Translations under genes and position numbers: made by a program | In this document: one piece after another, positions 36,499 through 49,340 of the stretch | How the letters are laid out: each line of letters starts with the position of its first letter | Position numbering within the stretch: position 1 is the stretch's first letter | Origin: Oopsacas minuta | Lineage: Eukaryota > Animalia > Porifera | Reading direction: 5' to 3' | DNA length: 64,000 bases | Assembly (NCBI GenBank): GCA_024704765.1 | Contig: JAKMXF010000310.1 | Location: 620,001-684,000, forward strand | Notes under the pieces: generated by a model | The model's input: the letters and a program-made list of their open reading frames with translations, nothing else | Told to the model about the DNA's origin: nothing | Database searches by the model: none

Positions 36499-37425
36499 AT
36501 GAAACGATCCTCCAATAAAGAAGAGAGTCCTAACAAGTCAGCTAAGAGAGAAAAAGAAATTTCTACAAGAAATACACACAAATATTCGTTCAAGAATTCT
36601 TACAGAGAGTTCTCTACATCTACAGGTTACCAACAACATCATGCTATTTCCCTCAATACAACTAACCAGTTACTTGCTGTATATGTAGTTTACAGAACTA
36701 CAATAAATATCTACACAACTGATGGCTACCTCGTAACAATATTCAAAGTAGTTGGCGATACATTTTTATCTATGTATAAGAGTTTCATTGGACTACATTT
36801 TTCAGATCATATGATTGTATATTCCTGCGTAAATTCTAGTTCTGATGGATTGATTCGTATAAATGATTATAATATACGACATGTTCAACTCCTTGAATTA
36901 GGCTGTATTGAATGTGATGGAAATAATATCTATTTAGCCAATAAAACATATCTACATGATACGAGTATAGATATCCTTTCACATGATGTTGAATTCATTA
37001 GAAAATTTGAAGCTTATTCCGGATATCCAATAGCTATTAAAGTAAGAGGAGATGATATGATAATGCTTGATGCAATCTCATTAGTTAGAAAGATAGCTAA
37101 TAAATTCAGATTAATTGACAAAAGATTAATTCAGATTCTAGAATATTCCTTGTCGAGTGAGCAACTAATCCGAACTATCAAATTAAACACTGAAGCTATG
37201 CCCTTCCCGACTTACTTGTGCTTCGATCAATTTCATAATTTATTAATCGGAAATGACTCTTCAAAGGAGTTCGCTATCTTGTATCGAGGTGGCAGAATTT
37301 CCTATCGCAAGATGAATCAGAAAGATCCCATTGTCAGGTTTGCTGGACTAGAAGTAACAGATAAGTTAGAATTGATAAGATTGGAAAAGTACACTGGGCG
37401 TATCCGGATATACAAGTCTAAGTAA
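36499..37425 (+). CDS. 308-aa divergent NHL-like beta-propeller protein with basic N-terminus
   Basis: Intact ORF with repeated blade-like motifs (AISLNTTNQLLAV, PIAIKVRGDDMIMLD, PTYLCFDQFHNLLIG); no RING or B-box. Confidence 0.65.
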   Translation: MKRSSNKEESPNKSAKREKEISTRNTHKYSFKNSYREFSTSTGYQQHHAISLNTTNQLLAVYVVYRTTINIYTTDGYLVTIFKVVGDTFLSMYKSFIGLHFSDHMIVYSCVNSSSDGLIRINDYNIRHVQLLELGCIECDGNNIYLANKTYLHDTSIDILSHDVEFIRKFEAYSGYPIAIKVRGDDMIMLDAISLVRKIANKFRLIDKRLIQILEYSLSSEQLIRTIKLNTEAMPFPTYLCFDQFHNLLIGNDSSKEFAILYRGGRISYRKMNQKDPIVRFAGLEVTDKLELIRLEKYTGRIRIYKSK

Positions 37426-37980
37426 TTGAACATTATTTTATAAATTAGAACATAATATTTTAGCTTCAATATTTAATGTTTTTGATTGTGCTGCTACATT
37501 TTACTGTTTACCATATACTATTCTCTAGCATAGTGGCCCAGTATTATTGCATTGGGGGCTTAATTTCGTATATTCGAAAAGCTTTGCTCCAATTCGAATT
37601 AACACAAAATTTCGCTTGTTTTTATGTAAATCGTACTATTTATGAATTACAACCTAACTACTACCCAAGTAGCAGTGAATGTGGATAATACTTGAGACCT
37701 CGAGGCGCAAACGCCGAGTTAATCGCGAAGTGACTAGCCAAAGGCTCGTTCATGCTAAAACAGGAATGGAAATTTAAAGAGCTTGCTGGAATTTTTGCAT
37801 TTGGTTTTGGTGTAAGGTAACACTTTCAATTTCCAACACACTTATCTCTATAACTATGGTAACATTCAATTGACTCGAAATAAGAGCAATAGTCTATTAT
37901 AACTTCAAACTTGAGATATCATCTACGAACTCAACTGCTTAATTGAGATTACGTCTAGTTTAGGGGGTGATAATCATGAA

Positions 37981-38175
37981 ATTACATCTCTCCGAACGAT
38001 ACAGAGATGGTATCGATAGTTTATAATGGAAAGAGACTCATTGGAAGACTATAGGTATCCGAGGTATGGAGCCCCGAATACACAAGTAACACAATAGAAT
38101 ATCGAGGCTGGAGACTGAAATATTCTGAGATCCTCATATCACCTACAGTCAGCTAGCAGAGACACTGGAGCTGAT
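37981..38175 (+). pseudogene. Degenerate mariner transposase HTH remnant
   Basis: SLRTIQRWYR*..RDSLED and DPHITYSQLAETL mirror YSTVVDWARRFREGRVSIED and DPHITLVEIADAV of the intact mariner. Confidence 0.55.
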
Positions 38176-40972
38176 GATCAGGCTTTCGGTGGGTATGGAT
38201 AACCATGAATGGATATCGACCTTCTGGTCATATCCATGGATATTATGGATATTTATATAGTATAAAGTTGTACTTTGAAAATATTCCACCCATTGGGCCG
38301 CTATATACAAAATTACAAGTATAATTAGCAACACAAATTATAAATTATAATCGTGGAAAACTCAAACTAAACGATTAATCATAACAATGCTATGTAGCAA
38401 GTACAGTTCGCCGCCCCTGATTTGGTAAAGGGTGTGGCAGAGAACAACTGCAGGTAGAAAATGTGTCCGTAGGGGGGAAGAATAGGGGAATGAGGACTGA
38501 GAGAGGGCGTATGGACTCCTGTGAGTATGAAATCGGGGTCACGGTAGATGTGGCTTTTATCTAGATTTATATTTGGTACACAGAATAGTGTCAGCTCACA
38601 TAAACAAGAAATGACAATTATGTCGTAATCAATAAAATGCTTTACAGAAGTTACGTTGCATAACTACAATAATCTCACTATATTCTGCTACATAATGCTA
38701 TACAGAGAATAATTCAAAATATATTTCCCCTTTTTTGCAAATCAAACTTTCATGTTATTTACTAAATATATTTTTAGGAATGAATGCTAAAATTCTTACT
38801 AAATAAGGTCTATTTTTAAGTCAATTGTACGATTACAGGTCTTTATTTATGAAGACTTTGAGTGTATACTGTGTTTACAATTTAATCAAATTATAGTCTG
38901 AAAATCCTAAATTTAAGTCTCAAACACAGTTTAGGTAGTTTACCCAATTAAATGAGGCTTAGCACAGTGTAATAACCAGTTTTGACCATAAAATAGGGTT
39001 CAACCCGATTTATACCGGGAGGTGGGTTAAACTAGCCAACTCTGATAAAAAGTGGCTGCTGTGGGACACTTTTGTATAATTCATAATTTATTGAAATGGT
39101 TTGACGTTGCACATTCAGCAATTTCCCGAATGTACAATGGTTAAATTATATCCTGATTACTTAAAAGTTTAAATACAAATCTAATGTAAATCTGAAAGAA
39201 TGAAAAAGAGCGAGATTTGAGCTTGCTCCATTTTTCTTGGAGCAGGATCCGGAGTGCGCTCCTTTTTCAGGGCTTGATTCCGCGTGCAACTTTTTATGCT
39301 ACCTATGTAGTATTGAGTTATCATATCGAATTTGCATGGAATCCATAATGATTTAATGGTACCGCAAAAGTATTTTGAAATGGTACTGGACTTTTATGCT
39401 TTTTGTCCGATTTTCTACCCAATTAGGTGAAAGTGAAGTTTGATCATGACTAGAGATCTGAAAATTGAGTTTTGTCGGTCAGTAAAACACTTTGATAACC
39501 TCTTGTACAATTTTGAAAATATTAGTGAAAGTCGCTTGAAATCGATGATATTTATCATGCCAGCTCTGACATTAACTATTTTAGCTAATTTCTCCTAAAC
39601 TTTACAAGATTGGTTTTCGAATGTTATTCACAGACAATAACCAACCCCAAACTACTCAATTCAAAGCTTTCAGATTTCTAGACATGATAGAAATACATTT
39701 TTCATCAGAATTGGATGAAAACTGGACAAAAGACGAAAAACCAGAACGTAAAAAGTAGTCAGCGACGTTTGTTTTAGACGAAAGGGGCAACTGATGCACC
39801 CTAACGTATATACATTTTCTGGGATCCCACATTTACCATCGGTTTACGCATGTTTACGCAGGTTTATACTATTCGATTTTTTAATACTTTTTCTACAGAG
39901 AAAATGTTAGAAAAACATGTTTTTGGCCATAATATATAGAATTCCTTCTCCAAACTAAAAGATGTTAGCAGAAGAATACGAAGCAATTACAAGCTTTCCT
40001 CAAGCAAGGTGTGTACCCAATAGCTGTCCTCCAATCTAAGATTACATGTCACGCCAAATGAACTTCAGTGTGAAGGCTTCACAGTATGGAATCGGAGAGG
40101 AAAACAAACTTTTAAGGGTAAAAACACTTGTTCTCCTGTCTGTCCTGTGTTGTTGCTGTTGGAATTCACAATGATTTATGGAAAAACCATAAGAAAGTCC
40201 GATAAGCCTGTTGGAAACATGTAGTGATCGTACGGGAATCCCCACAGAAATTCTATACAGGGGAAGGGAAGGGATGGGAATGGTAATGTCACGCTATTTT
40301 GAGAAATGGTCCGACCGGACAAAATATGGCAACCTCGAAAGGTCCCTGTTTTTATTATATAAAATTGCTCGTCATGATGATTATTGCAGGCTTTAAATGG
40401 TTACCGAGGCCAAATGGGACACTGTAATAAATTCACTCAGTTTTCCGGTCACTAGATCATGAATTTTGACTAAATTCAGAATTACAAATACACTGTAGGT
40501 AATTCATAAAATGTATAAGTACACACAAATCCCTGGAAAAATCTCTCAACTACAGGGTACAAATAAAAGTAGATAAGTAATACACAAATAATACAATTGG
40601 AAAAATATCCATGAGAGCTTATACTTGTGTCGTGTACTTTGAGGTCGGTAACTTGGATGAGTTTGGTCTGATAGGCTTAAATCGAATTGTACTGCTTTGA
40701 CATGACACAAACACGCGAGCAGACACAGACCAGCACATCGGGGTTGCCATAAGAAGGGCATTATATTACTATCATGATATATTTGGTCCCCAATAGTAGA
40801 TCCGACCGAACCATATATGGCGTCATATATGTCCCCCCCCTGACCCCTCTAGTGCAATTTATCCCCAGATAATAAACAGAAGTAAGGAACTAATTCTCTG
40901 AAGGGGAATATGAAGATTCTGGTCCAATAATACTAATGAGTTAAAATCTCACGCAATAGCTATTATCTAGTA

Positions 40973-41094
40973 CAGTGGTTCTCAACCTGGGGTCCGCGAC
41001 CCTAAACTGTTTTCGTTATGTTTATTGGCAGTGGGCCTGTGGACCCTATAAAAAGAACTAAAGAGGTTCGCGGGAGAAAAGTTGTGAACCAATG
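40973..41094. mobile_element. 122-bp hAT-type MITE
   Basis: Starts CAGTGGTTCTCAAC and ends GTTGTGAACCAATG; flanks ATCTAGTA / ATCTAGTG (7/8). Confidence 0.7.
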
Positions 41095-43230
41095 ATCTAG
41101 TGTACGACTGTTTCAACGATGTTTGGAATAAGTCCAGCTACAGTGCAACTTCTATAAGTGGGGTCTCTATAAATGGGAACATCTATAAGCGGGGCAATTT
41201 TGGTCCACCTTCATTCATTTCCGTAGAAACGAACCTTGTACGTGGGAATGGGGAATGGGCAAACTTTAGAGATAATTACGCCTCGCACCATTTATCTCCA
41301 TAAGTAGGGAATTCTACTAAAATTTTTCTTGAAAACTAATTTTTGTGTTATATTTTGAAAAAAAACATGTATTAATTGTGATCACCACCACGATGAATTG
41401 AAATTTTGGGATTCTCAGAAGAAAATTTCTTACACATCTTTATATTCAACGAACAACCTTATATTATAATAATCAAATATCCCTGGTTATAGGACATTTA
41501 CATCTGAAATCATAAATGAGGAATGGGGGGTTATCAGGAGATTTGCCGTTCCGACCTCCCCAACTTATAGAGGTTCATAACTGAACAAGTGACAAAATTA
41601 ATCATTTTGATAATAATTTCACTCAAGTCGGGAGTTATTAACACACTTGACGCATGAAAGAGGGCATGAAACAGAAAGGCAAAATAAAAAATTGCAGAAA
41701 CTTGTTTTTTTGTTTAAATGCATTGGAGGATCATACTGAATATAATTGTAATTGTATAAGATACTGTATTTATAAGATGTAAATCAAGGTCACGGGTGGA
41801 TTATGGCATAGGTCCTTGCACATAGGTGAATATCCTACAAAATTATCCAAAAGAGGCTTTATATTTTGGCAGATAGACTTACCTTCGTGCCAAGCAAGGA
41901 TATTTATATTTATATTGGGCAATATCGGATTTCTGGGGCAGAATTCCCTCAAAGGAATCTGGTTTATGGTTCTAACTCGATATTTATCAATGGAAATTTC
42001 CACATATTATAAGGCAATCAAATTCAATTTATGTTTCTGTAACACTGATAAGATTATATTCATTGAAGTAATATAATATATCCTAGATTTGATTATCCAA
42101 TCATCCTTCACATCAACTAAGTTGTTTAACACATTCGCAACGAGTGCTATTCCTAAGTACTGTACCAACTGCCGAGGGCTCACAGTGAAATTCCAAATAT
42201 ACGACGTGACCATGGGCGTAGGAGATCGCAGAGAACGATATAGTAAAATCGTGTTAAAGACTTAAAATATACTATCGAGGGTTAATATGTACATAAATAG
42301 GCGTCGTGCAAGGGTCACTCGATAGGGTTAGGATAAAATTTTAGAATGGAATGTTGTTGCATTCCTAAGGATTTTGGCGTTGCTAGGGGAAATCCTACAA
42401 ATATGATCAATATATATACCAAATGGCTGGAAATTTGAGCTAACACGAATATGATCATAAAATTTGATCTTAAAGAATTTGAATGCGCTAGCCTACATAT
42501 ACCAATATGATCCTCTAATGCATTTAAAACAATAAAACAATTTACTGCAATAGTTTTGGGGTAAGGCCATTATTTTCTTATATTGACCCGTCTATTATTA
42601 TCCACCTAAATTCATAATGGAGAATCCAAAAAATACATTCAAGCGTGTTTTGAAGCTAGTAATGGATATTTCCACATCTTTATACTTTGGAATTTCAAAG
42701 CAGTCCCATAATCCCTCACAGAATATAGCCTCTATATTGTTGGTGGCACTTGTGCCACAAACACATATGGCAGGGAATCAACCAATTATAGGAAAAACGC
42801 CAGTAATGACTTTAGCATCTTCGTATCAATATCGTATAATCATATATTAATGAGTCAGCATGTAAAAATCATCTGTATTCTTATGTAAGATGAGTGGGGT
42901 TTAACTGACACCAAAACAAATTTTGACACAAAACACCGAAAGTCCCAAGTCTTTAGGCTATCCTTGTATTCATGGAAAAATTGGTAAATAATATTTTAGA
43001 TAATCTAATTGAGCACCCCATTTAGTGTCGTCCGCACAAAATTTCTACTTCGTTATACATATTAGATGATCTATAACTTAAGTATCTATCGTGTAGAGAA
43101 AATAGCTCAATTTCGAAGTATACCTCGAGGCGCAATTCTCCGAGGTCATCAAAATCGATGAGCCAAAGCCTCAGAAATATTACTGTGTATGCAATAGTTG
43201 TCATATTAGCAGACATATTATTAATTGCAG

Positions 43231-44763
43231 TTAGATCAATGTAGTATACGTGTATACAGGAACAAATATTACTATTCCAATGAAGATGAGCAGAAGATAG
43301 CGTAGTACAAGAAGTGACTTTTTGAGAACGGTGTATTGAACTTGTTTGTCAGGATAATCTACTTTAGGCAAAAGTTTTTGTTTGATACTGGCATCTCCCA
43401 AATTTGCATTCTGTAAGACTTTACCAAAAATCTTTCTCCAATCATACAAATACAGAATAAGAATCTCCAGCAAAGCTGAAACTAAGGAACCCGCAGATGG
43501 CATAAGAAAATATCCTACTGCCCTCCATTGGACATAGAAAGATAATAAAAGGCCAAGAGGAGTTGCTATCAATAGATTACACACAAACTGAATTAGCGTT
43601 GCATATACCTGGAGGGAACAAGCCGTTAGGATACTTCTTATGGCAGTTAATATATCTGTTACAATGCAAATACTGAGAATTCGAATTCCAAATTCAATTT
43701 TCACTCTCATCTCTTCGATGGATGTAAAGAGGTTGGAGAGAGGTTCAGCTAAAGAGAATGTCAAAACCCCAAAGCAACACTCAAAGAACACCAGATATAG
43801 AATTGCTATTATCGTTGTTCGCTTTGCCGCTTGTAAATTGCCTCCTCCAAGAAGATTTCCAATTCGAACAGATGTTCCAACTCCATAACCTATAGAACCC
43901 GCTAACGTCACACACCAGATTGTGTTCAGAATTCCCAACATTGCAAATTGCTGAATATCTTTAAGGATAAATCCTATGAAAACAATCGGAGCAATCCTAA
44001 AAATAATAACATCTAGCATTAGTTGTGCTAAACATGCTGATCCATATTTTAACATATGACACCAACCAGTGAGAAATTCAAACGACCAACCATTAAAAAT
44101 CAAGATGTGAATATTTGTCAACTTGATGTAGGAAAACGCCAAGACAGCAACTATATTTGTACTAATAATGTAAGCTAAACCTACACCTTGTATATCTAGT
44201 GGTATCACAACAACTAGCAGATATTGTAAGCAGATATTGCACACGTTCCCTGCAACCATGATACACATAATAGAATATACGATATTCTGAGATTGCAGTA
44301 ATCCGTTTGCTAGTTTGTAGTATATGAAAGCTGGATAACCAAAACAGAACATCGTAGTGTACTGGCCAGCTCCTTTTGCCAGCTCTATGTCTCCAGTGAT
44401 GTAGAGAATTACAGGTGTCACACCTATCCAAACACTCAACAAGGGAAAAAAGCTGAGTGATGCGATTAGCAGAGCTCTCATGAAGTAGGTTCCTACTAAT
44501 ATGTGGTTGTAAGCTCCGTGTGCCTGGGAGCACAGCGTACACATACCAACAGTTATTCCTTGCATTATTGCGTATGCTGTGATTCCTATAATTGTTTGTC
44601 CAAGATAGAGAGCGCTAACCTTTCCGCTAATGTCCGCCCCAGATGTACGAGAGAGGAATATCGTACCTGTTTTTACTTGAATGGCATCGCTAAGGAGGCT
44701 AAATGCTCCAACAATAGCGAGCTTGTTCAAGTAGTATAATTCATTCAAAGTATATTTAATCAT
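43231..44763 (-). CDS. MATE family (SLC47-like) efflux transporter copy B, 510 aa, intronless
   Basis: TLCSQAHGA..VGTYFMRALLI and GYGVGTSVRIGNLLGGGNLQAAKR motifs; about 12 core TMs plus a 13th C-terminal TM as in animal MATEs. ATG at 44763; the track start is TTG. Confidence 0.92.
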   Translation of the reverse strand: MIKYTLNELYYLNKLAIVGAFSLLSDAIQVKTGTIFLSRTSGADISGKVSALYLGQTIIGITAYAIMQGITVGMCTLCSQAHGAYNHILVGTYFMRALLIASLSFFPLLSVWIGVTPVILYITGDIELAKGAGQYTTMFCFGYPAFIYYKLANGLLQSQNIVYSIMCIMVAGNVCNICLQYLLVVVIPLDIQGVGLAYIISTNIVAVLAFSYIKLTNIHILIFNGWSFEFLTGWCHMLKYGSACLAQLMLDVIIFRIAPIVFIGFILKDIQQFAMLGILNTIWCVTLAGSIGYGVGTSVRIGNLLGGGNLQAAKRTTIIAILYLVFFECCFGVLTFSLAEPLSNLFTSIEEMRVKIEFGIRILSICIVTDILTAIRSILTACSLQVYATLIQFVCNLLIATPLGLLLSFYVQWRAVGYFLMPSAGSLVSALLEILILYLYDWRKIFGKVLQNANLGDASIKQKLLPKVDYPDKQVQYTVLKKSLLVLRYLLLIFIGIVIFVPVYTYTTLI

Positions 44764-46079
44764 GTTTAATACCAAATTTCACTTTATTCTAACAGACTTG
44801 ATTTGCTCTATAAAGTTGTTTTACTTGTAAATTTATTCGTATAGAAATTGAATTTACATTTATATACATCAAAATACACAACTAACGAAACTATAGTATA
44901 TTCAGGGTATTTAACCATGGATTACTTCAATTTATTAAATTTGAAAGGCAATTCCAATATTTTCGATGATATAAAGTTTGGTACATTCTGGCTGGAATAA
45001 ATGTATTATTGATAGTCAATAATTGATACTAACTATATAATCAAACTATGACCTCATTTGATTTACCAACAACAGGGAAATATGTCATCAAACATGTGCC
45101 ATTTTCTAGCTCTGTTTATCGAACGCTGGTGCGAGACTTGGCTCAATGATAGTCACGAAAACTCCTCACTTATGCCTAAAAGATACAAGTTAGTTCGACG
45201 CGATAGAAATAGTGGAGAGAAACACGGAGGAATACTGTTGCTTGTTAATCAAAATTCTTCTCGATGATTTCGTGAGAGACGATTTTCCTATAGGTATTCT
45301 CATGTAGGAATTCCGATAGAAAGAAAATAATTCCCAATCTGATGGCAACCCTGAAAAAAGAATATATTCATCTCAAGAGAATGTATAAGAATTCTCATAT
45401 ATGTAATTCCCATGGGTTTTCCATATGGGAATTCCCATACCCACGGAACCCTGGTATATATATAGTCTCGTCTCGTCTCGTTACTTTTAAAGGTGACTGC
45501 TGTGGGACACTTTTGTATAATTCATAATTTATTGAAATGGTTTGACGTTGCACATTCAGCAATTTCCCGAATGTACAATGGTTAAATTATATCCTGATTA
45601 CTTAAAAGTTTAAATACAATTCTAATGTAAATCTGAAAGAATGAAAAAGAGCGAGATTTGAGCTTGCTCCATTTTTCTTGGAGCGGGATCCGGAGTGCGC
45701 TCCTTTTAGCGCGGGAGCGCGCTCCAAAAATGAGGAGTGCTTAATACCTGAAGATTCCATTTTGCCTGCCAGGTTGGTTGACACTTATTATAGTGTTGTC
45801 GCAACTAATGGGAGAACTACCATCAGTTGCGACAGCCTTGTAATATATGTGGGCTTAGCCGCCTAATGAGCTAGCTTTAGCCTCCCAGACCCTCTGATCC
45901 TAGGCATACGAGTATCTATCCCCTAGGCCCCTAAATGAGAATTAAGATGTAGTATATTCTACAGTATTTAGTAGTTAATCACAACAGCATAATCTCGGGT
46001 TTGTAAACCCTAAATTTAATTATCTATGACAACATGAATCTATACAAGATACAAACTAAAACAGTATCTTAATTGACTA

Positions 46080-46421
46080 CTAAACTGGCAGTAAGGGTTT
46101 GCTTGTTGCCAGGACCTCAACAGCATCTTTGTACTCAGTGGTGTCCTGTCTATCTTCTGATGATTTCACGAGCTGTTCTAGAGTCAGGTATCCTTCAAGT
46201 AATCTTTTTTCTGTGTCGGGTATCACATTTTTTGTTTCATCGAGAATAGCCACTGCGTATTTTATTTGACTCTCATCTCCTCCAGATTCTCGTATCTTCT
46301 CAACTTTTGCTGTATTTATTTCCAATTCCTTCAGATAAACTACTTTCTCTTTAGCTACTCTCTTCACTACTCCCGTTTGGATTCTGAGCTGTTTCGTGTT
46401 ATCAGCAGTTACAGTTGCCAT
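46080..46421 (-). CDS. TBCA: Tubulin-specific chaperone A
   Basis: KQLRIQTGVVKRVAKEK and ILDETKNVIPDTEKRL motifs; 113 aa. Confidence 0.95.
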   Translation of the reverse strand: MATVTADNTKQLRIQTGVVKRVAKEKVVYLKELEINTAKVEKIRESGGDESQIKYAVAILDETKNVIPDTEKRLLEGYLTLEQLVKSSEDRQDTTEYKDAVEVLATSKPLLPV

Positions 46422-47729
46422 TATTCTTCTGTAAAATTGTTTTCTAAATGTTATGCCTGAATTAGCTATTTATACTTTTATCTAGATATATATTTGGTAC
46501 ACAGAATAGTGTCAGCTTACATAAACAAGAAATGACAAGTCGTAATCAATAAAATGCTTTACAGAAAGTTACGTTGCATAACTACAATAATCTTACTGTA
46601 TAATGCTACAGAGAATAATTCGATACGTACAATCTACCTTGTGTATATTGATACGTATAGCACTGTACAGTCTGCATTTTAAAACATAATTCAACATGGA
46701 GAATCAGGAATTCAGGATTCGGCGTAAATTGTTACCAGTATAGTGCTATCTCGATAAGTGAGGTCCTAAAAATGGGAACCTCTACAAGCGGGGAGGCGGG
46801 AAATGGAAGCATCTTAAAGAGTATCAATACCTTATACCATTAAAATGAACTTCTATATGTAGGGTAAATGTATATTATTGGGGCGTACCCAGATAAAGGC
46901 CTGTAAGGAAAGGATTTATGGTATGTGTTTATACTGTGCCGACTATACAAAATTAATACAGGACTATCAACTCTCACGATTTCAAGTCTACAAATACTAC
47001 AGAATCCCTGGTCTTTTCATGAAAACTAATAGTAAATTGACATCTGACGATTTTGAAGGTTTCCAGGTTGAGAGCTCTGCTAATAGTATAGTGGGCAAGT
47101 ATTGAAATCACTGCCTATATTTTTGTAGAGCCATTTCTCCTGCCCTGGTAACCAAAATTGTTCCTATACTTTTTAATTAGAAGAGTACAGGTTATAACAA
47201 GGGTTCTTAAACTTTTCGCCCCCATGCCTTCCTTGGCTCCTGTGCAATGTCGTCCCCCCTACACTTATTCTCTTTAAAAACTGGAAAACATAATAAATTT
47301 ATTATAATTAACAAAAAATTAGTATAGGGGGTATAATTATGATAAAATTGGTAGAGCGTGACACACTAAAAATCGCATTCTCTGGGGGTATTATGCCCCC
47401 TAAACAAGTTTTTCATGTGAATTGGACTGCTAGAATTCGCACGATTCACATGAAATTGGTATATTTTGGGTCGATTTCCACATCGGATATGAATTTTTTC
47501 TAAAGTGAATATATCACACCTTTTGGTGGTTAATCATATTTTCACTCCTTTCTATGGAAAACACAAAGTAGTCGGGTTCTGGTGCATTGCGGCATCTACT
47601 CGAGGTCAGGGGACCCCCTGGAAAGAACAAAAATACATAACCCACTTTGTATTATCTGATAGGGGAAGATAATCTTCTGAGTATATAGTATAGGGAATAA
47701 CGAATCCTTCTGTTGACGATATAGGAAAA

Positions 47730-47940
47730 GTAAACAATTACATTAGAGTAACCGAGTATGCTGATCCCGATTATGATATTGTAAACAGCATGTGATAAAT
47801 ATTCGTTGTCATATGATTAATAACATTTTCACACCTTTGGGATGAATTTCAAACGATGCTAGAGGATTGGTTTCACCGGTATTATAGGGTGACCGAGTAT
47901 GCTGATTCCATATATAGTATTGTCAACAACGTTTTGTGAA
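47730..47940 (-). repeat. Inverted fragments of the dispersed repeat family
   Basis: ACCGAGTATGCTGAT.CCG is the reverse complement of the CGGAATCAGC.TACT motif; related interior blocks lie at 24820-24940, 47430-47525 and 60310-60420. Confidence 0.55.
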
Positions 47941-48332
47941 TATTTGTTTTTATGTGCATAAAGTAAACAAATTTCTAAATAATCCCAAAAACTTACTTTC
48001 AGCAATTATAATTAGGTAATCGACTAAGCTGATTTCGAATTTCGTACTTTCTAACTGCAAGGTACTCATGTATAAATAATAGTTGGTTCTTTTCACGAAA
48101 AAATTCGAGGCATGAAGTGCTGAGTTAAGCCGCACAGCGCGAGCAAGCGAAGCGACTCGTATCGGTTTAAACTAAATAAATTATTTATCTCAAAACACAT
48201 TACGTAAGTATATAGTTTAATAATTCCATATAATCTCATCTGAGCCACAAAATGTGTTCATGCAAACAATATGCATATGATATTCCTAGATTATATTATA
48301 AGAGCTGTAAATTGATTTGTTAGTAAAAAGAC

Positions 48333-49340
48333 ATGGAAACAGTACGAGTGAGTGAGAATGAGGTAATCGGACTTGTTAGCTTGATTCCAGCCAGCAACAA
48401 GCTACAAGACAGAATGAATACATTGAGAGAAGTTATAGACTGCAATAAATCACTAGTAATGAAGATTAACAGCTGAGAAAGTACGACTGATTATCAGGGA
48501 ACTGGAGTCTGACTGGGATAAAACGTATCAACGATTGAACAAGAGAAAGGACAAAATAAACCAAGTAATAAACAAACATAAAGAGACAATGGCAGAACTT
48601 TACGAAAACTTAAATCCAACTCTAGCAAGTTTTCTCTACCAAATGTCTGAAACCAATGAGACAATGAAAAGAGAATTGAATATCGATATTCCTTACGTGA
48701 AGCTAAACTGGAAAGTTGACGAGTTGAGGAAGAGCATCAATATACTGTGTTATTGGCAGCAGATATTTGTCAAGCTTGGAAAGTTATTCTTATTCCACTC
48801 AAGGGTAGTTGTTGTGATGAAGGTAAGCTAGAAAATCAGCTGTACAATCCATGGGGTATAGCTATTTACTCTTTTAATGAAAGAGTTTATGTAGCTGATC
48901 CTAGTATAAACAGAGTTCAGGTATTCTCTGGTAATTGAGAATGGATCAAATCTCTTAAAGACGAACAAATGGTTGAGCCAGTGAATCTTCTCATCTTTTA
49001 CAACTCTCCAACAAAACAATACTAACATACGAGACATCTCATTAGCTAAGGAGTATTCTATATTCTCCTTCTTATTACTGAATATCCGATACAAGCATTT
49101 ACTAAACAAGGAAAGATGATTAGATGTATTATACATAGTTGGTTACTTCTGTTTAGATCAACAACTAAACATAATCGTATCAGAAAGGCTCATATACTGT
49201 AAAGATATTCTCTCATGAAGGAAAGATGATATCTCTATTCGGGAAAGGAGAATTAGATAAAGGAGAGTTCAGATGCTTAACAGGAATAGCAATAGATGAC
49301 TTGTGTTCTATTGTAACAGTAGATAGGGATAAGTATTAAC
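48333..49340 (+). pseudogene. Coiled-coil + NHL-repeat pseudogene
   Basis: ATG 48333; at least two frameshifts and a TGA at 48936; NHL motifs QLYNPWGIAIYSFNERVYVAD..RVQVFS and GIAIDD. Confidence 0.75.

Noticed and set aside
42570-43230. Coding-like frames downstream of MATE-B, suggesting a longer ancestral C-terminus
   Set aside because: It needs several frameshifts and stops and matches no recognised domain; MATE-B already ends after a typical 13th TM.
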